From Polyangiaceae bacterium UTPRO1 (GTDB lineage Bacteria; Desulfobacterota; Binatia; UTPRO1): DNA of 64,000 bases. The position numbers and the translations under genes are program-made. The stretch covers positions 600 through 64,599 of the forward strand of contig MWST01000032.1 in the NCBI GenBank assembly GCA_002050235.1, written 5' to 3'. Within the stretch, counting starts at the first letter, position 1; the number at the start of each line of letters is the position of its first letter. The notes beneath the pieces were generated by a model. It saw only the letters and a program-made list of their open reading frames with translations, did no database searches and was not told the DNA's origin. Below, piece after piece: positions 9,195 to 20,600 of this stretch.

Positions 9195-11380
9195 GCGACG
9201 CGATCGCAGCGGCGGAGCGCCGCCTCGCCGCCGGGCGGCACGCGACCCCCCACGACATCCTCGGCGCCCACATCGCCGCGGTCGGCGGCGTCACGGGCAC
9301 GGTCGTGCGTGCGTTCCACCCCGATGCGATCGCGGTCGAGGTCGTCGACGACCGCAGACGAGCGACGGCGGCCGCAGCGAGCGGCAACGGCGTCTTCACC
9401 GCCTTCCTTGCCGGCGCCACGCCGCCGTTCCCCTACCGCCTGCGCTTCCGTTTCGCCGACGGCCGCACCTGGGAGCGCGACGACCCCTACCGCTTCCTGC
9501 CGACCCTCGGCGACCTCGACCTGCATCTCTTCGGCGAAGGCACGCATCGCCGCCTGTGGCGGCATCTCGGTGCGCATCCCCGCCGCGTCGACGACAGCGA
9601 CGGCGTCGCCTTCGCGGTCTGGGCACCGAACGCCCAGCGCGTGTCGGTGGTAGGAGACTTCTGCGGCTGGGACGGCCGCCTCTTCCCCATGCGCCAGCTC
9701 GGCGCCTCGGGCGTCTTCGAGCTGTTCGTCCCCGAGGTCCGCCCGGGAGCGCTCTACAAGTACGAGATCGTCACCCCCGAGGGCGAGCTACGTCTCAAGA
9801 CCGACCCGTACGCGGCGGCGATGGAGCGCGAGCCGGGCACCGCCTCGCTGGTGGTCGCCGCGAGCGCGTACGGGTGGGGCGACGGCGCCTGGATACAGGC
9901 GCGCCGCCTCCACGATCCGCTGCGGAGCCCGATGGCGGCCTACGAGGTCCACCTCGGCTCGTGGGCGCGCGCCGCCCACGAAGGCGACCGCGCGCTCGGC
10001 TACCGCGAGATCGCACCCCGCCTCGCCGCCCACGTCCGCGGGCTCGGCTTCACGCACGTCGAGCTGCTCCCGATCATGGAGCACCCGTTCGCGGGCTCGT
10101 GGGGATACCAGGTGACCGGCTACTACGCGCCGACGGCGCGCTGGGGCACGCCGGACGACTTCCGCTTCTTCGTCGACACCTGCCACCAGCACGGCCTCGG
10201 CGTCATCCTCGACTGGGTGCCGGCGCACTTCCCCCGCGACGACTACGCGCTCCGACGCTTCGACGGCACCGCCCTCTACGAGCACGACGATCCGCGGCTC
10301 GGCGAGCATCCCGACTGGGGCACTCTCATCTTCAACTACGGGCGGCGCGAGGTCGCCAATTTCCTGATCGCGAACGCGCTCTACTGGCTCGACGAGTTCC
10401 ACGTCGACGGCCTGCGCATCGACGCGGTCGCATCCATGCTCTACCTCGACTACAGCCGCCGCGACGGCGAGTGGCTGCCGAACCGATACGGCGGGCGCGA
10501 GAACCTCGAAGCCATCGCCTTCCTCCGCGACCTCAACGACACGATCGCCGCCGAGCATCCGGGCTGCTGCACGATCGCCGAGGAGTCGACGGCGTGGCCC
10601 GGCGTCACGCACCCGACCGCCGCGGGCGGGCTCGGCTTCACGTTCAAATGGAACATGGGTTGGATGCACGACACGCTCGGCTACTTCGCCCGCCAGCCGA
10701 TCCATCGCCGCTTCCATCACGACGAGCTCACCTTCGCGATGCTCTACGAGCACCGCGAGCGCTTCGTGAACCCGCTCTCGCACGACGAGGTCGTGCACGG
10801 GAAGCGCTCGCTGCTCGAGAAGATGCCGGGCGACGAGTGGCAGCAGCTCGCGAACCTGCGCCTCCTGCTTGCGTATCAGTACACGCGGCCCGGCAAGAAG
10901 CTGCTCTTCATGGGCACCGAGCTGGCTCCGCGCCAGGAATGGAATCACGACGCGAGCCTCGATTGGCGCCTCGGAGAGGAGCCCTCGCGCCGGAGCCTGG
11001 CGCGCTTCCTCGCAGCGCTCGGCGCGCTCTACCGGAACACCCCTTGCTTCTGGCGGGGGGACCCCGACGACGATTCCTTCGCCTGGATCGATTGCAGCGA
11101 CCGCGAGTCGTCGATCGTGAGCTACCAGCGCCGCTGCGGCGACGCCCACGCGGTCGTCATCTTGAACCTGACGCCGGTACCGCGGCCCGACTATCGCGTC
11201 GGCGTCCCGAGCGCGGGCCGCTACGCCCTCCGGCTCGACAGCGACGCCGTCTTCTTCGGCGGCTCCGGTCGGCTGCGAGCCGAAGCATTCGCGGCCGAGC
11301 CGCTGCCATGGCAGGGACAGCCGCAGTCGCTCGTACTCACGCTGCCGCCGCTGGCGGCGCTCGTGCTTTCCCCCGCATGA
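9191..11380 (+). CDS. glgB: 1,4-alpha-glucan branching enzyme
   Basis: 729 aa from a GTG that overlaps the glgX stop (GTGA). Motifs [40 protein letters not shown]. Confidence 0.9.
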   Translation: MSDAIAAAERRLAAGRHATPHDILGAHIAAVGGVTGTVVRAFHPDAIAVEVVDDRRRATAAAASGNGVFTAFLAGATPPFPYRLRFRFADGRTWERDDPYRFLPTLGDLDLHLFGEGTHRRLWRHLGAHPRRVDDSDGVAFAVWAPNAQRVSVVGDFCGWDGRLFPMRQLGASGVFELFVPEVRPGALYKYEIVTPEGELRLKTDPYAAAMEREPGTASLVVAASAYGWGDGAWIQARRLHDPLRSPMAAYEVHLGSWARAAHEGDRALGYREIAPRLAAHVRGLGFTHVELLPIMEHPFAGSWGYQVTGYYAPTARWGTPDDFRFFVDTCHQHGLGVILDWVPAHFPRDDYALRRFDGTALYEHDDPRLGEHPDWGTLIFNYGRREVANFLIANALYWLDEFHVDGLRIDAVASMLYLDYSRRDGEWLPNRYGGRENLEAIAFLRDLNDTIAAEHPGCCTIAEESTAWPGVTHPTAAGGLGFTFKWNMGWMHDTLGYFARQPIHRRFHHDELTFAMLYEHRERFVNPLSHDEVVHGKRSLLEKMPGDEWQQLANLRLLLAYQYTRPGKKLLFMGTELAPRQEWNHDASLDWRLGEEPSRRSLARFLAALGALYRNTPCFWRGDPDDDSFAWIDCSDRESSIVSYQRRCGDAHAVVILNLTPVPRPDYRVGVPSAGRYALRLDSDAVFFGGSGRLRAEAFAAEPLPWQGQPQSLVLTLPPLAALVLSPA

Positions 11381-13596
11381 GCGCCAAGGCCGTATCGCGC
11401 CCGGCGTTGCGGCGACTCGCTGCCCGGCTCGGCATCCTGCCGCGCTACGCAGACGCCGGCGGCACCGTGCGCGTCGCCTCGCACCGCACCATCGAAGCGC
11501 TCGCGGCGGCGCTCGGCTACGACGCCTCGACCGAGGCGGCGGCGGCGCGCGCCGCCCACCTCGTCGCCGCGGCCGATGCCGGCCCGATCGCGCCGACTCG
11601 GGTGGCGACTCCCGCGGCGGCGCGCCACGTCCCCATCGCTCTCCCTGCCGCGCACCGCAGCGGCGGCGAGTGGCTGATCGAGCTTCTCGACGAGCACGGC
11701 GAGCGCCGCACCGCCGCGGCGAGTCTGCGCGAACGCCGCCGCGAGCCGCAGATCACCCTGCCCTTCACACCGGATCGCGGCTACCACCGCCTGCGGCTCA
11801 CCCTGATCGCCCGCGGCGCTCCCGAGGTCACGGTCGACCAACGGCTGATCGTCGTGCCGGCGCGCTGCCCGACACCGCGCCGGCGCCTCGGGGCCCGCGG
11901 CGTCTTCGGACTGCTCGTGAACCTCTACGCCGTCGAGAGCGCGCGCAACTGGGGAGCCGGCGACTTCGGCGACCTCGGCACGATCGTGGACTTCGCAGGC
12001 GCCGCCGGCGCCGCATTCGTCGGCGTGAACCCGCTGCACGCCCTCCGCAACACGCGGCGCGAAATCAGTCCGTACAGCCCCGTGAGCCGGCTCTACCGCA
12101 ATCCTCTCTATCTCGACATCGAGGCGGTGCCGGAGAGCGCCGACTCCCCGACGATGGCTCGCCGGCTCCGCTGCCGCACGCTGGCCGCGGACCTCGAAGC
12201 ACTCCGCGCCGGTCCGCGGCTCGACTATGCCGGCGTCATGGCGCTCAAGACCCCGATCATTGCGGCCCTGCACCGCGCCTTCGTGCGCCGCCACGGCGAT
12301 GCGGACACGGCGCGCGGACGCGCCTACCGCCGCTACTGCCGCGAGGAAGGAACGGCGCTCCGCGACTTCGCGACCTACGTAGCGCTCGAAGAGCACCTGG
12401 CGCCGGCGGCGGGACGCGATTGGCGGCGCTGGCCGCGCGCTCTCCGCGATCCCGGCTCGGCGGCCGTCGCCGAGTTCCGTCGCCGCCATGCCCGGGACGT
12501 CGACCGCGCCCAGTGGGTGCAGTTCGAGCTCGACCGCCAGCTGGCAGGGATCGCCGCGCGCGCCCGCCGCGCTGGCCTCGCCATCGGCGTCTATCCGGAT
12601 CTGGCGCTCGGCTCGGCGGCGCGCGGAGCGGATGCCTGGGCGTTTCCCGGACAGTTCGTGCTCGACGGCACCAGCCTCGGCGCGCCGCCCGACGGCCTGG
12701 CGCCGGCCGGACAGAACTGGGGACTGCCGCCGCTCGATCCGCACGCGCTCCGCCGCGGCGGCTACGCATATTGGGCTCGCCTCCTGCGATCGGCTTTCCG
12801 CCACGCCGGAGCGCTCCGCATCGACCACGTACTCGGGCTCTTCCGGCAATTCTGGATCCCGCCCGGCCGCCCGGGCTGCGAGGGCGCGTACATCGAGTTC
12901 CCGACCGACGACCTCCTCGGCGTCCTCGCCCTGGAGAGCGAGCGCGCCGGCGCGCTCGTGATCGGCGAGGATCTCGGCACCGTCCCGCCCGGTCTCCCCG
13001 AGCGTCTGCGCGCCGCCGGAGTGCTCTCGACCCGGGTGCTGCTCTTCTCGCGCGATCGACGCGGCGCCTTCATGCCGGCGCCGAGCTATCCGCACCGGTC
13101 CCTGGTGAGCGCCAACACTCACGACATGGCGCCGCTCGCGGGCTGGACGGCGGGCCGCGATCTCGTGCTCCGGCGCACCCACGGCCAGCTGCCCGACGCC
13201 CGCGCGCTCGCCGCCGCGCGCCGGGAGCGCCATCGCGCCGTCGCCATGTTGCGGGCGCTGCTCGTCGACGCCGGACTGTGGCCCACGGACCGCCCCGCCG
13301 ACGGCGCCGACCCCGCCTTTCGCGGCGCCGTCCACGCCTTCCTCTGCCGCACGCCGAGCGCCCTCGTCGGCATCGCCTTCGACGACCTCGCCGGCGCCGT
13401 CGATCCCGTGAACCTCCCCGGCGTCGCCCTCGACCGGTACCCGAGTTGGAGCCGGCGACCCGGCTTGACGCTCGAACGCCTCGCGAACGACGCAGCCGTA
13501 GCTACAGCGCTGGCGGGTACCGCCCGGCGCCGAGCGCGGCCACCACGGCACGCGCGCGGTCCCGACTTGGCGGCGTACCGACCAGCGGCTAAGTAG
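11377..13596 (+). CDS. malQ: 4-alpha-glucanotransferase (long form, amylomaltase)
   Basis: 739 aa from an ATG that overlaps the glgB stop (ATGA). GH77 motifs [57 protein letters not shown]. Confidence 0.88.
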   Translation: MSAKAVSRPALRRLAARLGILPRYADAGGTVRVASHRTIEALAAALGYDASTEAAAARAAHLVAAADAGPIAPTRVATPAAARHVPIALPAAHRSGGEWLIELLDEHGERRTAAASLRERRREPQITLPFTPDRGYHRLRLTLIARGAPEVTVDQRLIVVPARCPTPRRRLGARGVFGLLVNLYAVESARNWGAGDFGDLGTIVDFAGAAGAAFVGVNPLHALRNTRREISPYSPVSRLYRNPLYLDIEAVPESADSPTMARRLRCRTLAADLEALRAGPRLDYAGVMALKTPIIAALHRAFVRRHGDADTARGRAYRRYCREEGTALRDFATYVALEEHLAPAAGRDWRRWPRALRDPGSAAVAEFRRRHARDVDRAQWVQFELDRQLAGIAARARRAGLAIGVYPDLALGSAARGADAWAFPGQFVLDGTSLGAPPDGLAPAGQNWGLPPLDPHALRRGGYAYWARLLRSAFRHAGALRIDHVLGLFRQFWIPPGRPGCEGAYIEFPTDDLLGVLALESERAGALVIGEDLGTVPPGLPERLRAAGVLSTRVLLFSRDRRGAFMPAPSYPHRSLVSANTHDMAPLAGWTAGRDLVLRRTHGQLPDARALAAARRERHRAVAMLRALLVDAGLWPTDRPADGADPAFRGAVHAFLCRTPSALVGIAFDDLAGAVDPVNLPGVALDRYPSWSRRPGLTLERLANDAAVATALAGTARRRARPPRHARGPDLAAYRPAAK

Positions 13597-13604
13597 CGTC
13601 GACA

Positions 13605-14681
13605 ATGAGACTGCACCGCCATGCCGCGGCGGCGGTCTCGGGACTGTTGTTGGCGCTCGCGGGCTGTAGCCGTTCCGGCGAAACCGCTCCGACCGGGCCG
13701 CCGCCACCCGTCGTCGAGGTCGCCGCCGTCGTACCCCGGACGCTCGTCGACGAAGCCGCCCTCCTCGGCCAGTTGAACGCCGTCCAGCAGGTGGCAGTGC
13801 GCTCCGAGGTCCCCGGCATCATCGCGGCGATCGAGTTCGACGAGGGCCAGGCCGTCCGCCTGGGTCAGGTGCTCTTTCGCCTCCGCGACGACGAGCAGGT
13901 AGCGCGCTTGCACGAAGCCGAGACGGCCGTGCGTCTCGCCGCCGCCAACCACCGCCGCATCCAGGACCTCTCACGCGACGGCATCGTCGCTCCGTCGCAG
14001 CTCGACGATGCCACCGCGCAGTTCGAGGCGGCGCGGGCGCGGCTCGAGGTCGCACGCGTGGCGGTCGACCGCACGCGCATCACGGCGCCCTTCGACGGCT
14101 ACGTCGGACACCGCATGGTCTCCGTAGGCGCCCGTATCGAGCCGGAGAACGACCTCGTCACGGTGGAGTCGATCGCCGACCTCGAGCTCGCCTTCCAGCT
14201 CCCCGAGCTGGCGCTGCCGCTCGCCCGGGTCGGTGTGCCGGTCGACATTCGCGTCGCGCCCTATCCGGACCGCGTGTTCTCCGGCGCCATCTCCTTCGTG
14301 GCGCCGAGCTTGAACCCGCAGAACCGCCGCTTGCTGGTGAAGGCGCGGATCCCGAACGCCGACTTGACGCTCCGACCCGGCCTCTTCGCCACCGTCGAGG
14401 CCCGCCTCGGCGCCCGCGAGAACGTCCTGGCGGTGCCGGACAGCGCCGTCGTCTACGGCAGCAACGGCACCTTCGTCTGGAAAGTCGACGCGGCGCAGAA
14501 GGTGGCCCCGGCCGACGTCGCGCTCGGCGCCCGCCGCGACGGCATCGTCGAAGTGACGCGCGGCTTGCAGGCGGGCGACGTCGTCGTCGTCGCGGGAACC
14601 AACAAGCTCGCGCCGGGCATCGCCGTGGAGGCCGTGACCGCCGCCCCCGAGCCGACCGCGAGTCCGGGAGCGCGCTCCTGA
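13605..14681 (+). CDS. Efflux RND transporter periplasmic adaptor subunit (MFP), lipoprotein
   Basis: 358 aa. It has a signal peptide with a lipobox-like LALAGCS. The barrel-sandwich and coiled-coil pattern is typical of HlyD/AcrA-family adaptors (RITAPFDGYVG). It sits directly upstream of an RND permease. Confidence 0.85.
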   Translation: MRLHRHAAAAVSGLLLALAGCSRSGETAPTGPPPPVVEVAAVVPRTLVDEAALLGQLNAVQQVAVRSEVPGIIAAIEFDEGQAVRLGQVLFRLRDDEQVARLHEAETAVRLAAANHRRIQDLSRDGIVAPSQLDDATAQFEAARARLEVARVAVDRTRITAPFDGYVGHRMVSVGARIEPENDLVTVESIADLELAFQLPELALPLARVGVPVDIRVAPYPDRVFSGAISFVAPSLNPQNRRLLVKARIPNADLTLRPGLFATVEARLGARENVLAVPDSAVVYGSNGTFVWKVDAAQKVAPADVALGARRDGIVEVTRGLQAGDVVVVAGTNKLAPGIAVEAVTAAPEPTASPGARS

Positions 14682-14722
14682 GGATCTCCGACCACTGCAT
14701 CGAGCGCCCCGTCCTCGCGTCC

Positions 14723-17700
14723 GTGATGTCGCTGGTGATCGTGCTCGCCGGCGCGATCGCGCTGCCGCGGCTTTCGAACCGCGAGCTCCCCGACGTCGAT
14801 CCGCCGGTCGTCTCGGTGTCGACCATCTACACCGGCGCCGCTCCCGAGGTCGTGGAGACGTCGGTCACCCAGCCGCTCGAGGACGAGCTCATCGGCATCG
14901 ACGGCATCCGCCACCTCACCTCGCTCAGCCGCGAGCAGGTCTCGGAGATCACGATCGAGTTCGATCTCGACCGCAACGTCGACGAGGCCGCCAACGACGT
15001 GCGCGATCGCGTCGCTCGCGTCCGCGGCACCCTCCCCGACGAGGTCAAGGATCCGGTGGTCGCCAAGAGCGACGCCGACGCCAGCCCCATCATCTGGATG
15101 GCGCTGGCGAGCGACCGCTACGGGCAGCTCGAGCTCTCGACCATGGCCGAGACCCGCTTGAAGGACCGCCTCTCCAAGCTCCCCGGGGTCGCGACCATCA
15201 TCATCGCCGGCGAGCGGCGCCACGCGATGCGGGTCTGGGTCGACAACGTCCGCCTCACGGCCGCCAACCTCACCGTCGCCGAGATCGCCGAGGCGCTGGC
15301 GCGCGAGAACGTCGACCTGCCCTCCGGACGCGTCGAGGGTGCGCGCCGCGAATTCACGGTGCGCACTCTCGGGGAGGTCGCCAGCGCCGAGGATTTCCGC
15401 GCCCTCGTCGTTGCCGAGCGGGCCGGCGAGCCGATCCGCCTCGGCGACGTCGCGCGCGTCGAGGTCGGCCCCGAGGACGACCGCAACTACGTCCGCTTCG
15501 ACAAGAAGCCGTCGGTGGCCCTGGGCGTCGTCCGCCAGTCGAAGGCGAACACCGTCGCGGTCGCTGACGCAGTGCTACGGGAAGTCGCGATGCTCAGGCG
15601 GGAGCTTCCCGCCGGCGTCTCGCTCGACGTGGCCTACGACCAGTCCACCTTCATCCGTCGCTCGGTCGCCGATGTGACCCGCACCATCTTCGAAGCGGTG
15701 CTGCTGGTCGTCGGCGTCATCTATCTCTTCCTCCGCAGCCTGCGGGCGACCCTGGTGCCGGCGGTCGCGATCCCGGTGTCGGTAGTCGGCACCTTCGCGT
15801 TCCTCTACGCCCTCGGCTTCTCCATCAACACGCTGACCCTCATGGGCCTGACGCTCGCGATCGGCCTCGTCGTCGACGACGCCATCGTCGTGCTCGAGAA
15901 CGTCACGCGCTGGGTCGAAGCCGGCACGCCGCCGCGCGAGGCCGCCCATCGCGGCATGCGGGAGATCTCGTTCGCCGTGCTGGCGACGACGATCTCGGTG
16001 ATCGCCGTGTTCCTGCCCCTGGCCTTCCTCACCGACCAGACCGGCCGCCTCTTCCGCGAGTTCGGAGTGACGGTGGCGGCGGCGGTCGCGATCTCGGGCT
16101 TCGTGGCGCTGACGCTGGCGCCGATGATGTGCGCCCGACTGGTGCGACCCGCGACCGCCGCGCACGGTCTGAAGCGCCGGCTCGAGCGCGGCCTCGATCT
16201 CCTGATCGACGCCTACCGGCGCCTGCTCGGCATCGCCTTGGCGTGGCGGCGCGCTTGCGTCGCCGCCGGCGTCGCCTGGTTCGTGTTCGGGCTCTGGCTC
16301 CTGCAGACGGCGCCGCGCGAGTTCGTCCCGACCGCCGACCGCGGCAACATCCTCGTCATCACCGAGTCGCCCGAAGGCAGCACGATCGGCGATACCGACC
16401 ATTACCAGCGCCAGGTCGAGGACATCGTGCTCTCGGCGCCGAACGTCGCCAAGGGCTTCTCGGTGGTGGCGCTCGGCAACACCGGCCCGGGCAACGTCAA
16501 CCAGGGGGCCATGTTCGTGACCCTCGATCCCTGGGAAGAGCGCGCGCACTCGCAGCAGAGCATCATCACCGGGCTGTTCCCGCGGCTGCACCGCGTCGCC
16601 GGCATGCTGGCGTTCCCGATCAGCCCGCCGTCGCTGGGGACGAGCTTCGACGCCACGCCGGTATCGCTGGTCGTGCAGGGGCCGGACGTGCGCCAGCTCG
16701 CTGCCTTCGCCGACGAAGTGGTGCGCCGCACGAAGGCGCTGCCGGGATTCGTCAACGTGCGCAGCGATCTCGTCCTCAACAAACCGCAGATAGTCGTCGC
16801 CATCGACCGCAACCGCGCCGCCGACCTCGGGGTGTCGGTGCGCACCATCGCCTCGACGCTGCAGATCCTCCTCGGCGGCCTCGATCTCTCGACCTTCAAG
16901 CTCGAGGGCGAGACCTACAAGGTGATGGTGCAGCTCGAAGAGGCGTTCCGGCGCCGGCCGGGAGAGCTCCTCGAGCTCTACGTCCGCGGCAAGAACCAAG
17001 ATCTGATACCGCTGCAGTCGGTCGTGCGCATCCGCGAGTCGACCGCGCCGCGCGGCCTGCCGCACTTCGACCGCCTGCGCGCCGCGACGCTCTCGGCGAC
17101 GCTGCTTCCCGGCGTCCCCCTCGGCACCGCGCTCGATCGCATTCGCACGATCGCGGCCGACGTGATCGGTGACGCTCCCGGCTACCGTCTCGCCTTCTCC
17201 GGTGAGTCCGAGGACTTCTACGAATCCGGGAATGCCCTCGCCTTCGCCTATCTCCTCGCGGTCGTGATCATCTACCTGGTGCTTGCCGCGCAGTTCGAGA
17301 GCGTGTGGCATCCGGCCGTGCTCATGATCGCGGTGGCGCTGTCGTTCACCGGCGCACTGGCGACGCTCGCGCTCACCGGCAACACCCTCAATCTCTTCAG
17401 CCAGATCGGCCTCGTCATGTTGATCGGCCTGGTGACCAAGAACTCGATCCTGATCGTCGAGTTCGCCAACCAGCTCCGCGAGCAGGGCCGCGATCTCGCG
17501 TCCGCCATCTTCGAGGCGTCGGTGACCCGCTTCCGCCCGATCCTCATGACCGCGATCGCCACCGTCGTCGGCATCCTGCCGATCGCGGTCGGTTCGGGTG
17601 CCGGCGGCGAGCTGCGGGCACCTCTCGGCGTCGCCGTTGCCGGCGGCATGGTATTCGCGACGGTGCTGACGATCTTCGTCGTGCCCGCAGCGTATCTGGT

Positions 17701-17788
17701 GCTCGAAAACGCCCGCGGCCGGCTGCGCCGGGCGCCGCTGCGCACTGCGCCCGCACTCGACGGCTCGAGCGAGCCCGTTGCCGGATGA
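14723..17788 (+). CDS. Efflux RND transporter permease (AcrB/HAE family)
   Basis: 1021 aa from the first canonical start (GTG 14723). It is AcrB-like throughout. The conserved N-terminal IERPV segment lies upstream of this start, so the real start may be near 14678 (see findings). Confidence 0.9.
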   Translation: MMSLVIVLAGAIALPRLSNRELPDVDPPVVSVSTIYTGAAPEVVETSVTQPLEDELIGIDGIRHLTSLSREQVSEITIEFDLDRNVDEAANDVRDRVARVRGTLPDEVKDPVVAKSDADASPIIWMALASDRYGQLELSTMAETRLKDRLSKLPGVATIIIAGERRHAMRVWVDNVRLTAANLTVAEIAEALARENVDLPSGRVEGARREFTVRTLGEVASAEDFRALVVAERAGEPIRLGDVARVEVGPEDDRNYVRFDKKPSVALGVVRQSKANTVAVADAVLREVAMLRRELPAGVSLDVAYDQSTFIRRSVADVTRTIFEAVLLVVGVIYLFLRSLRATLVPAVAIPVSVVGTFAFLYALGFSINTLTLMGLTLAIGLVVDDAIVVLENVTRWVEAGTPPREAAHRGMREISFAVLATTISVIAVFLPLAFLTDQTGRLFREFGVTVAAAVAISGFVALTLAPMMCARLVRPATAAHGLKRRLERGLDLLIDAYRRLLGIALAWRRACVAAGVAWFVFGLWLLQTAPREFVPTADRGNILVITESPEGSTIGDTDHYQRQVEDIVLSAPNVAKGFSVVALGNTGPGNVNQGAMFVTLDPWEERAHSQQSIITGLFPRLHRVAGMLAFPISPPSLGTSFDATPVSLVVQGPDVRQLAAFADEVVRRTKALPGFVNVRSDLVLNKPQIVVAIDRNRAADLGVSVRTIASTLQILLGGLDLSTFKLEGETYKVMVQLEEAFRRRPGELLELYVRGKNQDLIPLQSVVRIRESTAPRGLPHFDRLRAATLSATLLPGVPLGTALDRIRTIAADVIGDAPGYRLAFSGESEDFYESGNALAFAYLLAVVIIYLVLAAQFESVWHPAVLMIAVALSFTGALATLALTGNTLNLFSQIGLVMLIGLVTKNSILIVEFANQLREQGRDLASAIFEASVTRFRPILMTAIATVVGILPIAVGSGAGGELRAPLGVAVAGGMVFATVLTIFVVPAAYLVLENARGRLRRAPLRTAPALDGSSEPVAG

Positions 17789-17813
17789 GCCGGGGCGGCA
17801 GCCCGCGCCCATG

Positions 17814-19199
17814 TCACGATATACGGCCGGACCGGCGCAGCCAGAGGTAGAACGGCCATCCAGCGAGCAGCACGCCGAGGCCGATCGCGCACTCGAGCGG
17901 GCGGCCGACGAGCATGGCCGCGGCGACGCCGGCATTGGCGATCAGATAGAGCCCCGGAATCCACGGATAGCCCCAGGCGCGATACGGACGATGGAGCTCG
18001 GGACGGCGCCGGCGCAGCCGATAGAGCACGGCGGTATCGGCCATGGTCGCGAGCACGATGGCGAAGGTCGTGTAGTCGAGGACGCTCGGGAAGCGGCGCA
18101 GTACGAGGAGCAGCGCCATCGCCGCCAGCGCCTGGGCGACGATCGCGCGGTGCGGCGTCCTGTACTCGGGGTGCACTGCGGAGGCGCCGCCGATGAAGAG
18201 CCCGTCGAGCGCCATCGCGTAGGCGATGCGCGGGCCGACGAGGATAGTGGCGTGCAGAGTGCCGAGGATGGACCCGATCACGAAGAAGCCCACGCAGCGG
18301 CCGGCCGCCGCGCCGAAGAGCGCGGTCGCGGCTGCCGTTCCGGCATCCGGCTCGACGGCGAGCGCGGACAGCGGCAGGGCGTAGAGATAGACGGCGTTCA
18401 GCGCCAGGTACGCCAGCATGCAGAGGCCGAGCCCGAGGAAGAGAGCGCGCGGCAGCGTCCGTTCCGGATCGCGGATCTCGCTGGCGACGTACACCGGCGC
18501 GTTCCATCCGAGATAGGTGAAGAGCACCGGCGAGAGCGCCAGACCGAACGCCGAGAGTGGTGCCGCCGCGGCGGCGCCGGCGACGAGCGGCCGCAGGCGC
18601 GCAGCGTCGCCGCCGCCCAGGACCAACGCGGCGCCGACGAAGAGCGCCGCGCCGACGAGCTTCAACCAGCCGCCGAGATTGTTGACCTGTACGCCGCGGC
18701 GGACGCCGACGTAGTTGATCGCCGAGGTCCCGACCGTCGCCGCCACTGCGAGGACGAGCACGCCCGGAGCCCCGAGCCCGAGGTGCGCCGCCACGGCCTC
18801 GCCGAACGCCACCGCGAGCGATGCCACCGTGCCCGCATAGATCACGAAGAAGCTGAGCCAGCCGACGAGGAAGCCGGCGGCAGGATGCCACCCTTCCCGC
18901 AGATACACGTAGTCGCCCCCGGCCCGCGGGAACATGGCGCCGAGCTCGGCGTTGGCTAGCGCGCCGGCCAGCGAGAGCAGGCCGCCGGCGATCCAGGCGG
19001 CGAGCACCAGCCCCGGATTCGGGAGCAGCCTGGCGATGGCGGCCGGGGTGAGGAAGATGCCCGAGCCGATCACCGACGACACCACCAGCATGGTGGTGTC
19101 GTACGTCCCGAACTCGCGCGCCAGCCGATCGCGCGGATCGCGACCGCGCTCGTCCGCCCCCGCGCTCGCCGTTGCCGCCACGTCCGCTCCGTAGCACAC
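17814..19199 (-). CDS. APC-family amino acid permease
   Basis: 461 aa and about 12 TM segments. It has the signature N-terminal VVSSVIGSGIFLTPAAIA motif of APC transporters. Confidence 0.85.
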   Translation of the reverse strand: MCYGADVAATASAGADERGRDPRDRLAREFGTYDTTMLVVSSVIGSGIFLTPAAIARLLPNPGLVLAAWIAGGLLSLAGALANAELGAMFPRAGGDYVYLREGWHPAAGFLVGWLSFFVIYAGTVASLAVAFGEAVAAHLGLGAPGVLVLAVAATVGTSAINYVGVRRGVQVNNLGGWLKLVGAALFVGAALVLGGGDAARLRPLVAGAAAAAPLSAFGLALSPVLFTYLGWNAPVYVASEIRDPERTLPRALFLGLGLCMLAYLALNAVYLYALPLSALAVEPDAGTAAATALFGAAAGRCVGFFVIGSILGTLHATILVGPRIAYAMALDGLFIGGASAVHPEYRTPHRAIVAQALAAMALLLVLRRFPSVLDYTTFAIVLATMADTAVLYRLRRRRPELHRPYRAWGYPWIPGLYLIANAGVAAAMLVGRPLECAIGLGVLLAGWPFYLWLRRSGRIS

Positions 19200-19282
19200 C
19201 CCGGCAGTGCGCGGGGATCCCGGAGCCCGGTTGCCCGGGCACGGCCACGGCGGCGGCTATGCAGGCGGATCGGCACCGTCTC

Positions 19283-19298
19283 CGGTCGGCGCCGACCG
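19283..19298 (-). terminator. Short GC palindrome downstream of pilT (weak terminator candidate)
   Basis: The 16-nt palindrome CGGTCGGCGCCGACCG lies 18 nt past the pilT stop on the minus strand. There is no clear U-tract. Confidence 0.25.
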
Positions 19299-19315
19299 CG
19301 CCCGAGCGCCGCGCC

Positions 19316-20356
19316 TCAGTGCGCGCCGCCCGCCGCCGCCGGCTTCAGCGTCGCCGCCGGGCGCTCGAGGAGCCCCTTCTTGGTCAGCTCCGCGATCGCC
19401 GCGTCCATGGTCTGCATGCCGTGCGACTGCCCGGTCTGCATCGCCGAGGGGATCTGGTGCAGCTTGGCCTCGCGGATGAGGTTGCGAACCGCGGGAATCC
19501 CGACCAGGATCTCGTGCGCAGCCACTCGCCCGCCCCCCATCTTCTTCAGGAGCTTCTGCGCGATCACCGCTTCGAGCGACTCAGAGAGCATGGTGCGGAT
19601 CTGGCCCTGCTGGCCCGCGGGGAAGACGTCGATGATGCGGTCGATCGTCTTCGCCGCGCTCGAGGTGTGCAGCGTGCCGAACACCAGGTGGCCGGTCTCG
19701 GCCGCCGTCAGGGCGAGCGAGATGGTCTCGAGGTCGCGCATCTCGCCGACCAGGATGACGTCGGGATCCTCGCGCAGAGCGCTCTTGAGCGCCGCCGAGA
19801 AGGAGCCCGTGTGCGGGCCGACTTCGCGCTGGTTCACGAGGCAGCGCTTCGACGGGTGCACGAACTCGATCGGATCCTCGACCGTCAGGATGTGCGCATC
19901 GCAGGTATCGTTGATGTAGTCGACCATGGCGGCGAGCGTCGTCGACTTGCCCGAGCCGGTCGGACCGGTCACGAGCACGAGGCCGCGATCCTTCTCGCAG
20001 AGCTGTTGAAAGATGGGCGGCAGGCCGAGTTGCTCCATCGTCGGGATCACCGTCGGGATACGGCGCAGCACCGCACCCGGGCCGCGGCTCTGCATGAAGA
20101 CGTTGACGCGGAAGCGGCCGACGCCCTCGAGGGCGTAAGCAAGATCGAGCTCGTGCTCGTGCTCGAAGCGCGCTTTCTGCTCCGGAGTGAGCGCCGTCTC
20201 GACGCACGCCATGACGTCCTCGGCGCTCTGGACCGGGTGGCCGAGCGGCGCCAGGTCGCCGTCGACGCGCAGGCGCGGCGGCTGTCCGGCGCTGAGATGC
20301 AGGTCGGAGGCGTTCTTCTCGACGGTTTCACGAAGCAGCTGTTCCATGGTCGGCAT
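19316..20356 (-). CDS. pilT: Type IV pilus twitching-motility ATPase PilT
   Basis: 346 aa. Motifs ASDLHLSAGQPPRLRVDG, Walker A GPTGSGKSTT, the Asp box, and GTLHTSSAAKTIDRI. Confidence 0.9.
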   Translation of the reverse strand: MPTMEQLLRETVEKNASDLHLSAGQPPRLRVDGDLAPLGHPVQSAEDVMACVETALTPEQKARFEHEHELDLAYALEGVGRFRVNVFMQSRGPGAVLRRIPTVIPTMEQLGLPPIFQQLCEKDRGLVLVTGPTGSGKSTTLAAMVDYINDTCDAHILTVEDPIEFVHPSKRCLVNQREVGPHTGSFSAALKSALREDPDVILVGEMRDLETISLALTAAETGHLVFGTLHTSSAAKTIDRIIDVFPAGQQGQIRTMLSESLEAVIAQKLLKKMGGGRVAAHEILVGIPAVRNLIREAKLHQIPSAMQTGQSHGMQTMDAAIAELTKKGLLERPAATLKPAAAGGAH

Positions 20357-20600
20357 TCGGAGATCCCCTTTCGTTCAACGCCGGCGTTCGCGGTCGGCAG
20401 ACGCTGCTGCAAGACACACGCCATCCGCCCGGGACGAAAAACGCCCGTGCTCCGACGCCGGCGCCCGCAAGGGAGCGGCACGTCACCGCCGCCACCGTCG
20501 AAGCCGTGGCGTGCGCGTGTCGGTCGATGCTAGGAGGACCGCCGATGCCGCATGCCATCTGCACTGCCGCTGCGGCGGCGCCCGGACTCGGAGTCGCGGC

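Noticed and set aside
9136-13596. 1486-aa ORF spanning glgB and malQ
   Set aside because: The first ~750 codons are an Arg/Pro-rich alternative frame of glgB. The real gene is malQ, starting at ATG 11377.
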